From: the human T2T-CHM13v2.0 reference genome, Homo sapiens
Direction: 5' to 3' (one strand)
DNA length: 64,000 nt
Assembly (NCBI RefSeq): GCF_009914755.1
Contig: NC_060942.1
Shown: one piece after another, positions 1 to 11,571 of the stretch
Layout: each line of letters begins with the position of its first letter
How positions within the stretch are numbered: position 1 is the stretch's first letter
Notes under the pieces: model-generated
The model's input: only the letters and a program-made list of their open reading frames with translations
Database searches by the model: none
Told to the model about the DNA's origin: nothing
Made by a program: the position numbers and the translations under genes

Positions 1-331
1 GGAAGCGGGAATTCATACAAATTGCAGACTGCAGCGTTCTGAGAAACATCTTTGTGATGTTTGTATTCAGGACACAGAGATGAACATTCCCTATCATAGA
101 GCAGGTTGGAATCACTCCTTTTGTAGTATCTGGAAGTGGACATTTGGAGCGCTTTCAGGCCTATGTTGAAAAAGGAAATATCTTCCCATAACAACTAGAC
201 ACAAGCATTCTCAGAAACTTGTTTGTGATGTGTGCCCTCTACTGACAGAGTTGAACCTTTCTTTTCATAGAGCAGTTTTGAAACACTCTTTTTGTAGAAT
301 CTGCAAGAGGATATTTGCATAGCTTTGAGGA

Positions 332-348
332 TTTCGTGGGAAACGGGA
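332..348 (+). promoter_or_regulatory. CENP-B box (representative, TTTCGTGGGAAACGGGA)
   Basis: Matches the core NTTCGNNNNANNCGGGN and recurs once per 8-mer. Confidence 0.9.
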
Positions 349-673
349 TTGTCTTCAAGTAAAATCTAGACAGAAGCATTCTCAGAAACTTCTTTGGGAT
401 GTTTGCATTCAAGTCACAGAGTAGAACATTCCCTTTGGTAGAGCAGGTTTGAAACCCTCTTTTTGTAGTATCTGGAAGTGGACATTTGGAGCGCTTTCAG
501 GCCCATGTTGGAAAGGGAAATATCTTCCCGTAACAACTAGGCAGAAGCATTCTCAGAAACTTATTTGAGATGTGTGTACTCAACTAAGAGAATTGAACCA
601 CCGTTTTGAAGGAGCAGTTTTGAAACACTCTTTTTCTGGAATCTGCTAGACGATATTTGCCTAGCCTTGAGGA

Positions 674-690
674 TTTCGTTGGAAACGGGA
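674..690 (+). promoter_or_regulatory. CENP-B box (representative, TTTCGTTGGAAACGGGA)
   Basis: Exact match to the canonical YTTCGTTGGAARCGGGA. Confidence 0.95.
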
Positions 691-1015
691 TTGTCTTCAG
701 AGAAAATCTAGACAGAAGCATTCTCAGAAACTTCTTTGGGATGTTTGTATTCAAGTCACAGAGTAGAACATTCCCTTTGATAGAGCAGGTTTGAAACACT
801 CTTTTTTTAGTATATGGAAATGGACATTTGGAGCGCTTTCAGGCCTACGTTGGAAAAGGAAATATCTTCCCGTAACAACTAGACAGAAGCATTCTCAGAA
901 ACTAGTTTCTGATGTGTGTCCTCAACTAACACAGTTGAACTTTTCTTTAGACAGAACAGTTTTGAAACACTCTTTTTGTGGAATCTGCAAGTGGATATTT
1001 GGCTAGATTTGAGGA

Positions 1016-1032
1016 TTTCGTTGGAAACGGGA
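1016..1032 (+). promoter_or_regulatory. CENP-B box (representative, TTTCGTTGGAAACGGGA)
   Basis: Exact canonical match, 342 bp after the previous box. Confidence 0.95.
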
Positions 1033-1182
1033 TTACATATAAAAAGCAGACAGCAGCATTCTCAGAAAGTTCTTTGTGATGATTGCATTCAAGTCACAGA
1101 ATTGAACATTCCCTTTCACAGAGCAGGTTTGAAACACTCTTTTTGTAGTGTGTGTAAGTGGACATTTGGAGCACTTTCCGGC

Positions 1183-1199
1183 CTAAGGTGAAAAAGGAA
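1183..1199 (+). other. A-box / pJalpha-type site in a non-CENP-B monomer (representative, CTAAGGTGAAAAAGGAA)
   Basis: Sits at the box-equivalent position of alternate monomers and resembles the A-type consensus CTAYGGTGRAAAAGGAA. Confidence 0.7.
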
Positions 1200-2713
1200 A
1201 TATCTTCCCATAAAAACTAGACAGAAGCATTCTCAGAAACTTACTCGTGATGTGTGTCCTCAACTAAAGGAGTAGAACCTTTCTATTCATAGAGAAGGTT
1301 TGAAACGCTCTTTTTGTGGAATCTCCAAGTGGATATTTGGCTAGTTTTGAGGATTTCGTTGGATGCGGGAATTCATACAAATTGCAGACTGCAGCGTTCT
1401 GAGAAACATCTTTGTGATGTTTGTATTCAGGACACAGAGATGAACATTCCCTATCATAGAGCAGGTTGGAATCACTCCTTTTGTAGTATCTGGAAGTGGA
1501 CATTTGGAGCGCTTTCAGGCCTATGTTGAAAAAGGAAATATCTTCCCATAACAACTAGACACAAGCATTCTCAGAAACTTGTTTGTGATGTGTGCCCTCT
1601 GCTGACAGAGTTGAACCTTTCTTTTCATAGAGCAGTTTTGAAACACTCTTTTTGTAGAATCTGCAAGAGGATATTTGCATAGCTTTGAGGATTTCGTGGG
1701 AAACGGGATTGTCTTCAGGTAAAATCTAGACAGAAGCATTCTCAGAAACTTCTTTGGGATGTTTGCATTCAAGTCACAGAGTAGAACATTCCCTTTGGTA
1801 GAGCAGGTTTGAAACCCTCTTTTTGTAGTATCTGGAAGTGGACATTTTGAGCGCTTTCAGGCCCATGTTGGAAAGGGAAATATCTTCCCGTAACAACTAG
1901 GCAGAAGCATTCTCAGAAACTTATTTGAGATGTGTGTACTCAACTAAGAGAATTGAACCACCGTTTTGAAGGAGCAGATTTGAAACACTCTTTTTCTGGA
2001 ATCTGCAAGAGTATATTTGCCTAGCCTTGAAGATTTCGTTGGAAACGGGATTGTCTTCAGATAAAATCTAGACAGAAGCATTCTCAGAAACTTCTTTGGG
2101 ATGTTTGCATTCAAGTCACAGAGTAGAACATTCCCTTTGGTAGAGCAGGTTTGAAACACTCTTTTTTTCGTATATGGAAGTGGACATTTGGAGCGCTTTC
2201 AGGCCTACGTTGGAAAAGGAAATATCTTCCCATAACAACTAGACAGAAGCATTCTCAGAAACTAGTTTCTGATGTGTGTCCTCAACTAACACAGTTGAAC
2301 TTTTCTTTAGACAGAACAGTTTTGAAACACTCTTTTTGTGGAATCTGCAAGTGGCTATTTGGCTAGATTTGAGGATTTCGTTGGAAACGGGATTACATAT
2401 AAAAAGCAGACAGCAGCATTCTCAGAAAGTTCTTTGTGATGATTGCATTCAAGTCACAGAATTGAACATTCCCTTTCACAGAGCAGGTTTGAAACACTCT
2501 TTTTGTAGTGTGTGTAAGTGGACATTTGGAGCGCTTTCCGGCCTAAGGTGAAAAAGGAAATATCTTCCCATAAAAACTAGACAGAAGCATTCTCAGAAAC
2601 TTACTCGTGATGTGTGTCCTCAACTAAAGGAGTAGAACCTTTCTATTCATAGAGAAGTTTTGAAACGCTCTTTTTGTGGAATCTCCAAGTGGATATTTGG
2701 CTAGTTTTGAGGA

Positions 2714-2730
2714 TTTCGTTGGAAGCGGGA
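2714..2730 (+). promoter_or_regulatory. CENP-B box overlapping the EcoRI site (representative, TTTCGTTGGAAGCGGGA)
   Basis: Exact canonical match. There are four boxes per 8-mer, spaced 338/342/342/338 bp. Confidence 0.95.
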
Positions 2731-5700
2731 ATTCATACAAATTGCAGACTGCAGCGTTCTGAGAAACATCTTTGTGATGTTTGTATTCAGGACACAGAGA
2801 TGAACATTCCCTATCATAGAGCAGGTTGGAATCACTCCTTTTGTAGTATCTGGAAGTGGACATTTGGAGCGCTTTCAGGCCTATGTTGAAAAAGGAAATA
2901 TCTTCCCATAACAACTAGACACAAGCATTCTCAGAAACTTGTTTGTGATGTGTGCCCTCTACTGACAGAGTTGAACCTTTCTTTTCATAGAGCAGTTTTG
3001 AAACACTCTTTTTGTAGAATCTGCAGGAGGATATTTGCATAGCTTTGAGGATTTCGTGGGAAACGGGATTGTCTTCAGGTAAAATCTAGACAGAAGCATT
3101 CTCAGAAACTTCTTTGGGATGTTTGCATTCAAGTCACAGAGTAGAACATTCCCTTTGGTAGAGCAGGTTTGAAACCCTCTTTTTGTAGTATCTGGAAGTG
3201 GACATTCGGAGCGCTATCAGGCCCATGTTGGAAAGGGAAATATCTTCCCGTAACAACTAGGCAGAAGCATTCTCAGAAACTTATTTGAGATGTGTGTACT
3301 CAACTAAGAGAATTGAACCACCGTTTTGAAGGTGCAGTTTTGAAACACTCTTTTTCTGGAATCTGCAAGAGTATATTTGCCTAGCCTTGAGGATTTCGTT
3401 GGAAACGGGATTGTCTTCAGATAAAATCTAGACAGAAGCATTCTCAGAAACTTCTTTGGGATGTTTGCATTCAAGTCACAGAGTAGAACATTCCCTTTGG
3501 TAGAGCAGGTTTGAAACACTCTTTTTGTAGTATCTGGAAGTGGACATTTGGAGCGCTTTCAGGCCTACGTTGGAAAAGGAAATATCTTCCCATAACAACT
3601 AGACAGAAGCATTCTCAGAAACTAGTTTCTGATGTGTGTCCTCAACTAACACAGTTGAACTTTTCTTTAGACAGAACAGTTTTGAAACACTCTTTTTGTG
3701 GAATCTGCAAGTGGATATTTGGCTAGATTTGAGGATTTCGTTGGAAACGGGATTACATATAAAAAGCAGACTGCAGCATTCTCAGAAAGTTCTTTGTGGT
3801 GATTGCATTCAAGTCACAGAATTGAACATTCCCTTTCACAGAGCAGGTTTGAAACACTCTTTTTGTAGTGTGTGTAAGTGGACATTTGGAGCGCTTTCCG
3901 GCCTAAGGTGAAAAAGGAAATATCTTCCCATAAAAACTAGACAGAAGCATTCTCAGAAACTTACTCGTGATGTGTGTCCTCAACTAAAGGAGTAGAACCT
4001 TTCTATTCATAGAGAAGTTTTGAAACGCTCTTTTTGTGGAATCTCCAAGTGGATATTTGGCTAGTTTTGAGGATTTCGTTGGAAGCGGGAATTCATACAA
4101 ATTGCAGACTGCAGCGTTCTGAGAAACATCTTTGTGATGTTTGTATTCAGAACACAGAGATGAACATTCCCTATCATAGAGCAGGTTGGAATCACTCCTT
4201 TTGTAGTATCTGGAAGTGGACATTTGGAGCGCTTTCAGGCCTATGTTGAAAAAGGAAATATCTTCCCATAACAACTAGACACAAGCATTCTCAGAAACTT
4301 GTTTGTGATGTGTGCCCTCTACTGACAGAGTTGAACCTTTCTTTTCATAGAGCAGTTTTGAAACACTCTTTTTGTAGAATCTGCAAGAGGATATTTGCAT
4401 AGCTTTGAGGATTTCGTGGGAAACGGGATTGTCTTCAGGTAAAATCTAGACAGAAGCATTCTCAGAAACTTCTTTGGGATGTTTGCATTCAAGTCACAGA
4501 GTAGAACATTCCCTTTGGTAGAGCAGGTTTGAAACCCTCTTTTTGTAGTATCTGGAAGTGGACATTTGGAGCGCTTTCAGGCCCATGTTGGAAAGGGAAA
4601 TATCTTCCCGTAACAACTAGGCAGAAGCATTCTCAGAAACTTATTTGAGATGTGTGTACTCAACTAAGAGAATTTAACCAACGTTTTGAAGGAGCAGTTT
4701 TGAAACACTCTTTTTCTGGAATCTGCAAGAGTATATTTGCCTAGCCGTGAGAATTTCGTTGGAAACGGGATTGTCTTCAGATAAAATCTAGACAGAAGCA
4801 TTCTCAGAAACTTCTTTGGGATGTTTGCATTCAAGTCACAGAGTAGAACATTCCCTTTGGTAGAGCAGGTTTGAAACACTCTTTTTTTAGTATATGGAAG
4901 TGGACATTTGGAGCGCTTTCAGGCCTACGTTGGAAAAGGAAATATCTTCCCATAACAACTAGACAGAAGCATTCTCAGAAACTAGTTTCTGATGTGTGTC
5001 CTCAACTAACACAGTTGAACTTTTCTTTAGACAGAACAGTTTTGAAACACTCTTTTTGTGGAATCTGCAAGTGGATATTTGGCTAGATTTGAGGATTTCG
5101 TTGGAAACGGGATTACATATAAAAAGCAGACAGCAGCATTCTCAGAAAGTTCTTTGTGATGATTGCATTCAAGTCACAGAATTGAACATTCCCTTTCACA
5201 GAGCAGGTTTGAAACCCTCTTTTTGTAGTGTGTGTAAGTGGACATTTGGAGCGCTTTCCGGCCTAAGGTGAAAAAGGAAATATCTTCCCATAAAAACTAG
5301 ACAGAAGCATTCTCAGAAACTTACTCGTGATGTGTGTCCTCAACTAAAGGAGTAGAACATTTCTATTCATAGAGAAGTTTTGAAACGCTCTTTTTGTGGA
5401 ATCTCCAAGTGGATATTTGGCTAGTTTTGAGGATTTCGTTGGAAGCGGGAATTCATACAAATTGCAGACTGCAGCGTTCTGAGAATCATCTTTGTGATGT
5501 TTGTATTCAGGACACAGAGATGAACATTCCCTATCATAGAGCAGGTTGGAATCACTCCTTTTGTAGTATCTGGAAGTGGACATTTGGAGCGCTTTCAGTC
5601 CTATGTTGAAAAAGGAAATATCTTCCCATAACAACTAGACACAAGCATTCTCAGAAACTTGTTTGTGATGTGTGCCCTCTACTGACAGAGTTGAACCTTT

Positions 5701-8167
5701 CTTTTCATAGAGCAGTTTTGAAACACTCTTTTTGTAGAATCTGCAAGAGGATATTTGCATAGCTTTGAGGATTTCGTGGGAAACGGGATTGTCTTCAGGT
5801 AAAATCTAGACAGAAGCATTCTCAGAAACTTCTTTGGGATGTTTGCATTCAAGTCACAGAGTAGAACATTCCCTTTGGTAGAGCAGGTTTGAAACACTCT
5901 TTTTGTAGTATCTGGAAGTGGACATTTGCAGCACTTTCAGGCCCATGTTGGAAAGGGAAATATCTTCCCGTAACAACTAGGCAGAAGCATTCTCTGAAAC
6001 TTTTTTGAGATGTGTGTACTCAACTAAGAGAATTGAACCACCGTTTTGAAGGAGCAGTTTTGAAACACTCTTTTTCTGGAATCTGCTAGACGATATTTGC
6101 CTAGCCTTGAGGATTTCGTTGGAAACGGGATTGTCTTCAGATAAAATCTAGACAGAAGCATTCTCAGAAACTTCTTTGGGATGTTTGTATTCAAGTCACA
6201 GAGTAGAACATTCCCTTTGATAGAGCAGGTTTGAAACACTCTTTTTTTAGTATATGGAAATGGACATTTGGAGCGCTTTCAGGCCTACGTTGGAAAAGGA
6301 AATATCTTCCCGTAACAACTAGACAGAAGCATTCTCAGAAACTAGTTTCTGATGTGTGTCCTCAACTAACACAGTTGAACTTTTCTTTAGACAGAACAGT
6401 TTTGAAACACTCTTTTTGTGGAATCTGCAAGTGGATATTTGGCTAGATTTGAGGATTTCGTTGGAAACGGGATTACATATAAAAAGCAGACAGCAGCATT
6501 CTCAGAAAGTTCTTTGTGATGATTGCATTCAAGTCACAGAATTGAACATTCCCTTTCACAGAGCAGGTTTGAAACACTCTTTTTGTAGTGTGTGTAAGTG
6601 GACATTTGGAGCACTTTCAGGCCTAAGGTGAAAAAGGAAATATCTTCCCATAAAAACTAGACAGAAGCATTCTCAGAAACTTACTCGTGATGTGTGTCCT
6701 CAACTAAAGGAGTAGAACCTTTCTATTCATAGAGAAGGTTTGAAACGCTCTTTTTGTGGAATCTCCAAGTGGATATTTGGCTAGTTTTGAGGATTTCGTT
6801 GGATGCGGGAATTCATACAAATTGCAGACTGCAGCGTTCTGAGAAACATCTTTGTGATGTTTGTATTCAGGACACAGAGATGAACATTCCCTATCATAGA
6901 GCAGGTTTGAATCACTCCTTTTGTAGTATCTGGAAGTGGACATTTGGAGCGCTTTCAGGCCTATGTTGAAAAAGGAAATATCTTCCCATAACAACTAGAC
7001 ACAAGCATTCTCAGAAACTTGTTTGTGATGTGTGCCCTCTGCTGACAGAGTTGAACCTTTCTTTTCATAGAGCAGTTTTGAAACACTCTTTTTGTAGAAT
7101 CTGCAAGAGGATATTTGCATAGCTTTGAGGATTTCGTGGGAAACGGGATTGTCTTCAGGTAAAATCTAGACAGAAGCATTCTCAGAAACTTCTTTGGGAT
7201 GTTTGCATTCAAGTCACAGAGTAGAACATTCCCTTTGGTAGAGCAGGTTTGAAACCCTCTTTTTGTAGTATCTGGAAGTGGACATTTGGAGCGCTTTCAG
7301 GCCCATGTTGGAAAGGGAAATATCTTCCCGTAACAACTAGGCAGAAGCATTCTCAGAAACTTATTTGAGATGTGTGTACTCAACTAAGAGAATTGAACCA
7401 CCGTTTTGAAGGAGCAGTTTTGAAACACTCTTTTTCTGGAATCTGCAAGAGTATATTTGCCTAGCCTTGAAGATTTCGTTGGAAACGGGATTGTCTTCAG
7501 ATAAAATCTAGACAGAAGCATTCTCAGAAACTTCTTTGGGATGTTTGCATTCAAGTCACAGAGTAGAACATTCCCTTTGGTAGAGCAGGTTTGAAACACT
7601 CTTTTTTTAGTATATGGAAGTGGACATTTGGAGCGCTTTCAGGCCTACGTTGGAAAAGGAAATATCTTCCCATAACAACTAGACAGAAGCATTCTCAGAA
7701 ACTAGTTTCTGATGTGTGTCCTCAACTAACACAGTTGAACTTTTCTTTAGACAGAACAGTTTTGAAACACTCTTTTGTGGAATCTGCAAGTGGATATTTG
7801 GCTAGATTTGAGGATTTCGTTGGAAACGGGATTACATATAAAAAGCAGACAGCAGCATTCTCAGAAAGTTCTTTGTGATGATTGCATTCAAGTCACAGAA
7901 TTGAACATTCCCTTTCACAGAGCAGGTTTGAAACACTCTTTTTGTAGTGTGTGTAAGTGGACATTTGGAGCGCTTTCCGGCCTAAGGTGAAAAAGGAAAT
8001 ATCTTCCCATAAAAACTAGACAGAAGCATTCTCAGAAACTTACTCGTGATGTGTGTCCTCAACTAAAGGAGTAGAACCTTTCTATTCATAGAGAAGTTTT
8101 GAAACGCTCTTTTTGTGGAATCTCCAAGTGGATATTTGGCTAGTTTTGAGGATTTCGTTGGAAGCGG

Positions 8168-10210
8168 GAATTCATACAAATTGCAGACTGCAGCGTTCTG
8201 AGAAACATCTTTGTGATGTTTGTATTCAGGACACAGAGATGAACATTCCCTATCATAGAGCAGGTTGGAATCACTCCTTTTGTAGTATCTGGAAGTGGAC
8301 ATTTGGAGCGCTTTCAGGCCTATGTTGAAAAAGGAAATATCTTCCCATAACAACTAGACACAAGCATTCTCAGAAACTTGTTTGTGATGTGTGCCCTCTA
8401 CTGACAGAGTTGAACCTTTCTTTTCATAGAGCAGTTTTGAAACACTCTTTTTGTAGAATCTGCAAGAGGATATTTGCATAGCTTTGAGGATTTCGTGGGA
8501 AACGGGATTGTCTTCAGGTAAAATCTAGACAGAAGCATTCTCAGAAACTTCTTTGGGATGTTTGCATTCAAGTCACAGAGTAGAACATTCCCTTTGGTAG
8601 AGCAGGTTTGAAACCCTCTTTTTGTAGTATCTGGAAGTGGACATTTGGAGCGCTTTCAGGCCCATGTTGGAATGGGAAATATCTTCCCGTAACAACTAGG
8701 CAGAAGCATTCTCAGAAACTTATTTGAGATGTGTGTACTCAACTAAGAGAATTGAACCACCGTTTTGAAGGAGCAGTTTTGAAACACTCTTTTTCTGGAA
8801 TCTGCAAGAGTATATTTGCCTAGCCTTGAGAATTTCGTTGGAAACGGGATTGTCTTCAGATAAAATCTAGACAGAAGCATTCTCAGAAACTTCTTTGGGA
8901 TGTTTGCATTCAAGTCACAGAGTAGAACATTCCCTTTGGTAGAGCAGGTTTGAAACACTCTTTTTGTAGTATCTGGAAGTGGACATTTGGAGCGCTTTCA
9001 GGCCTATGTTGGAAAGGGAAATATCTTCCCTTAACAACTAGGCAGAAGCATTCTCAGAAACTTATTTGAGATGTGTGTACTCAACTAAGAGAATTGAACC
9101 ACCGTTTTGAAGGAGCAGTTGTGAAACACTCTTTTTCTGGAATCTGCTAGAGTATATTTGCCTAGCTTTGAGGATTTCGTTGGAAACGGGATTGTCTTCA
9201 GCTCAAATCTAGACAGAAGCATTCTCAGAAACTTCTTTGGGATGTTTCTATTCAAGTCACAGAGTAGAACATTCCCTTTGGTAGAGCAGGTTTGAAACAC
9301 TCTTTTTGTAGTATCTGGAAGTGGACATTTGGAGCGCTTTCAGGCCTATGTTGGAAAGGGAAATATCTTCCCGTAACAACTAGGCAGAAGCATTCTCAGA
9401 AACTTATTTGAGATGGGTGTACTCAACTAAGAGAATTGAACCACCCTTTTCAAGGAGCAGTTTTGAAACACTCTTTTTCTGGAATCTGCAAGAGTATATT
9501 TGCCTAGCTTTGAGGATTTCGTTGGAAACGGGATTGTCTTCAGATAAAATCTAGACAGAAGCATTCTCAGAAACTTCTTTGGGTGTTTGCATTCAATTCA
9601 TAGAGTAGAACATTCCCTTTGTTAGAGCAGGTTTGAAACACTCTTTTTTTAGTATGTGGAAGTGGACATTTGGAGCGCTTTCAGGCCTACGTTGGAAAAG
9701 GAAATATCTTCCCATAACAACTAGACAGAAGCATTCTCAGAAACTAGTTTCTGATGTGTGTCCTCAACTAACACAGTTGAACATTTCTTTAGACAGAACA
9801 GTTTTGAAACACTCTTTTTGTGGAATCTGCAAGTGGCTATTTGGCTAGATTTGAGGATTTCTTTGGAAACGGGATTACATATAAAAAGCTGACAGCAGCA
9901 TTCTCAGAAAGTTCTTTGTGATGATTGCATTCAAGTCACAGAATTGAACATTCCCTTTCACAGAGCAGGTTTGAAACACTCTTTTTGTAGTGTGTGTAAG
10001 TGGACATTTGGAGCACTTTCCGGCCTAAGGTGAAAAAGGACATATCTTCCCATAAAAACTAGACAGAAGCATTCTCAGAATCTTACTCGTGATGTGTGTC
10101 CTCAACTAAAGGAGTAGAACCTTTCTTTTCATAGAGAAGTTTTGAAACGCTCTTTTTGTGGAATCTGCAAGTGGATATTTGGCTAGTTTTGAGGATTTCG
10201 TTGGAAGCGG
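8168..10210 (+). repeat. Expanded HOR variant, 2043 bp (8-mer plus two extra 342-bp dimers, minus 1 bp)
   Basis: EcoRI sites at 8168 and 10211. The ttatttgagatg monomer appears three times (~8720, 9062, 9404). Confidence 0.9.
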
Positions 10211-11571
10211 GAATTCATACAAATTGCAGACTGCAGCGTTCTGAGAAACATCTTTGTGATGTTTGTATTCAGGACACAGAGTTGAACATTCCCTATCATA
10301 GAGCAGGTTGGAATCACTCCTTTTGTAGTATCTGGAAGTGGACATTTGGAGCGCTTTCAGGCCTATGTTGAAAAAGGAAATATCTTCCCATAACAACTAG
10401 ACACAAGCATTCTCAGAAACTTGTTTGTGATGTGTGCCCTCTACTGACAGAGTTGAACCTTTCTTTTCATAGAGCAGTTTAGAAACACTCTTTTTGTAGA
10501 ATCTGCAAGAGGATATTTGCATAGCTTTGAGGATTTCGTGGGAAACGGGATTGTCTTCAGGTAAAATCTAGACAGAAGCATTCTCAGAAACTTCTTTGTT
10601 ATGTTTGCATTCAAGTCACAGAGTAGAACATTCCCTTTGGTAGAGCAGGTTTGAAACCCTCTTTTTGTAGTATCTGGAAGTGGACATTTGGAGCGCATTC
10701 AGGCCCATGTTGGAAAGGGAAATATCTTCCCGTAACAACTATGCAGAAGCATTCTCAGAAACTTATTTGAGATGTGTGTACTCAACTAAGAGAATTGAAC
10801 CACCGTTTTGAAGGAGCAGTTTTGAAACACTCTTTTTCTGGAATCTGCAAGAGTATATTTGCCTAGCCTTGAGGATTTCGTTGGAAACCGGATTGTCTTC
10901 AGATAAAATCTAGACAAATGCATTCTCAGAAACTTCTTTGGGATGTTTGCATTCAAGTCACAGAGTAGAACATTCCCTTTGGTAGAGCAGGTTTGAAACA
11001 CTCTTTTTTTCGTATATGGAAGTGGACATTTGGAGCGCTTTCAGGCCTACGTTGGAAAAGGAAATATCTTCCCATAACAACTAGACAGAAGCATTCTCAG
11101 AAACTAGTTTCTGATGTGTGTCCTCAACTAACACAGTTGTACATTTCTTTAGACAGAACAGTTTTGATACACTCGTTTTGTGGAACCTTCAGGTGGATAT
11201 TTTGGCTACATTTGAGGATTTCGTTGGAAACGGGATTACATATAAAAAGCAGTCAGCAGCATTCTCAGAAAGTTCTTTGTGATGATTGCATTCAAGTCAC
11301 AGAATTGAACATTCCCTTTCACAGAGCAGGTTTGAAACACTCTTTTTGTAGTGTGTGTAAGTGGACATTTGGAGCGCTTTCTGGCCTAAGGTGAAAAAGG
11401 ATATATCTTCCCATAAAAACTAGACAGAAGCATTCTCAGAAACTTACTCGTGATGTGTGTCCTCAACTAAAGGAGTAGAACCTTTCTTTTCATAGAGAAG
11501 TTTTGAAACGCTCTTTTTGTGGAATCTGCAAGTGGATATTTGGCTAGTTTTGAGGATTTCGTTGGAAGCGG
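10211..11571 (+). repeat. Diverged 8-mer unit, 1361 bp
   Basis: EcoRI sites at 10211 and 11572. Many private substitutions and a +1 T near 11200. Confidence 0.9.

Larger units (their letters stand above)
9..8167 (+). repeat. Six tandem 8-mer HOR units (1360 bp; last one 1359 bp)
   Basis: GAATTC at 9, 1369, 2729, 4089, 5449, 6809 and 8168. The ORF track repeats at 1360 bp. One T is missing from the T-run near 7773. Confidence 0.95.

Noticed and set aside
1035-1046. TATA-like catataaaaag once per unit
   Set aside because: It is a fixed part of an AT-rich monomer, and nothing in the sequence indicates promoter function.
1354-1370. Box variant TTTCGTTGGATGCGGGA (also ~6794, 16320, 19382) as an inactivated CENP-B box
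   Set aside because: The change is at a degenerate position and the core NTTCGNNNNANNCGGGN is intact. The same holds for tttcgcggg at 51300 and attcgttgg at 61151.
7771-7777. Singleton 1-bp indels (near 7773, 42990, 57058)
   Set aside because: They lie in short homopolymer runs, so slippage cannot be told from sequencing error without reads.
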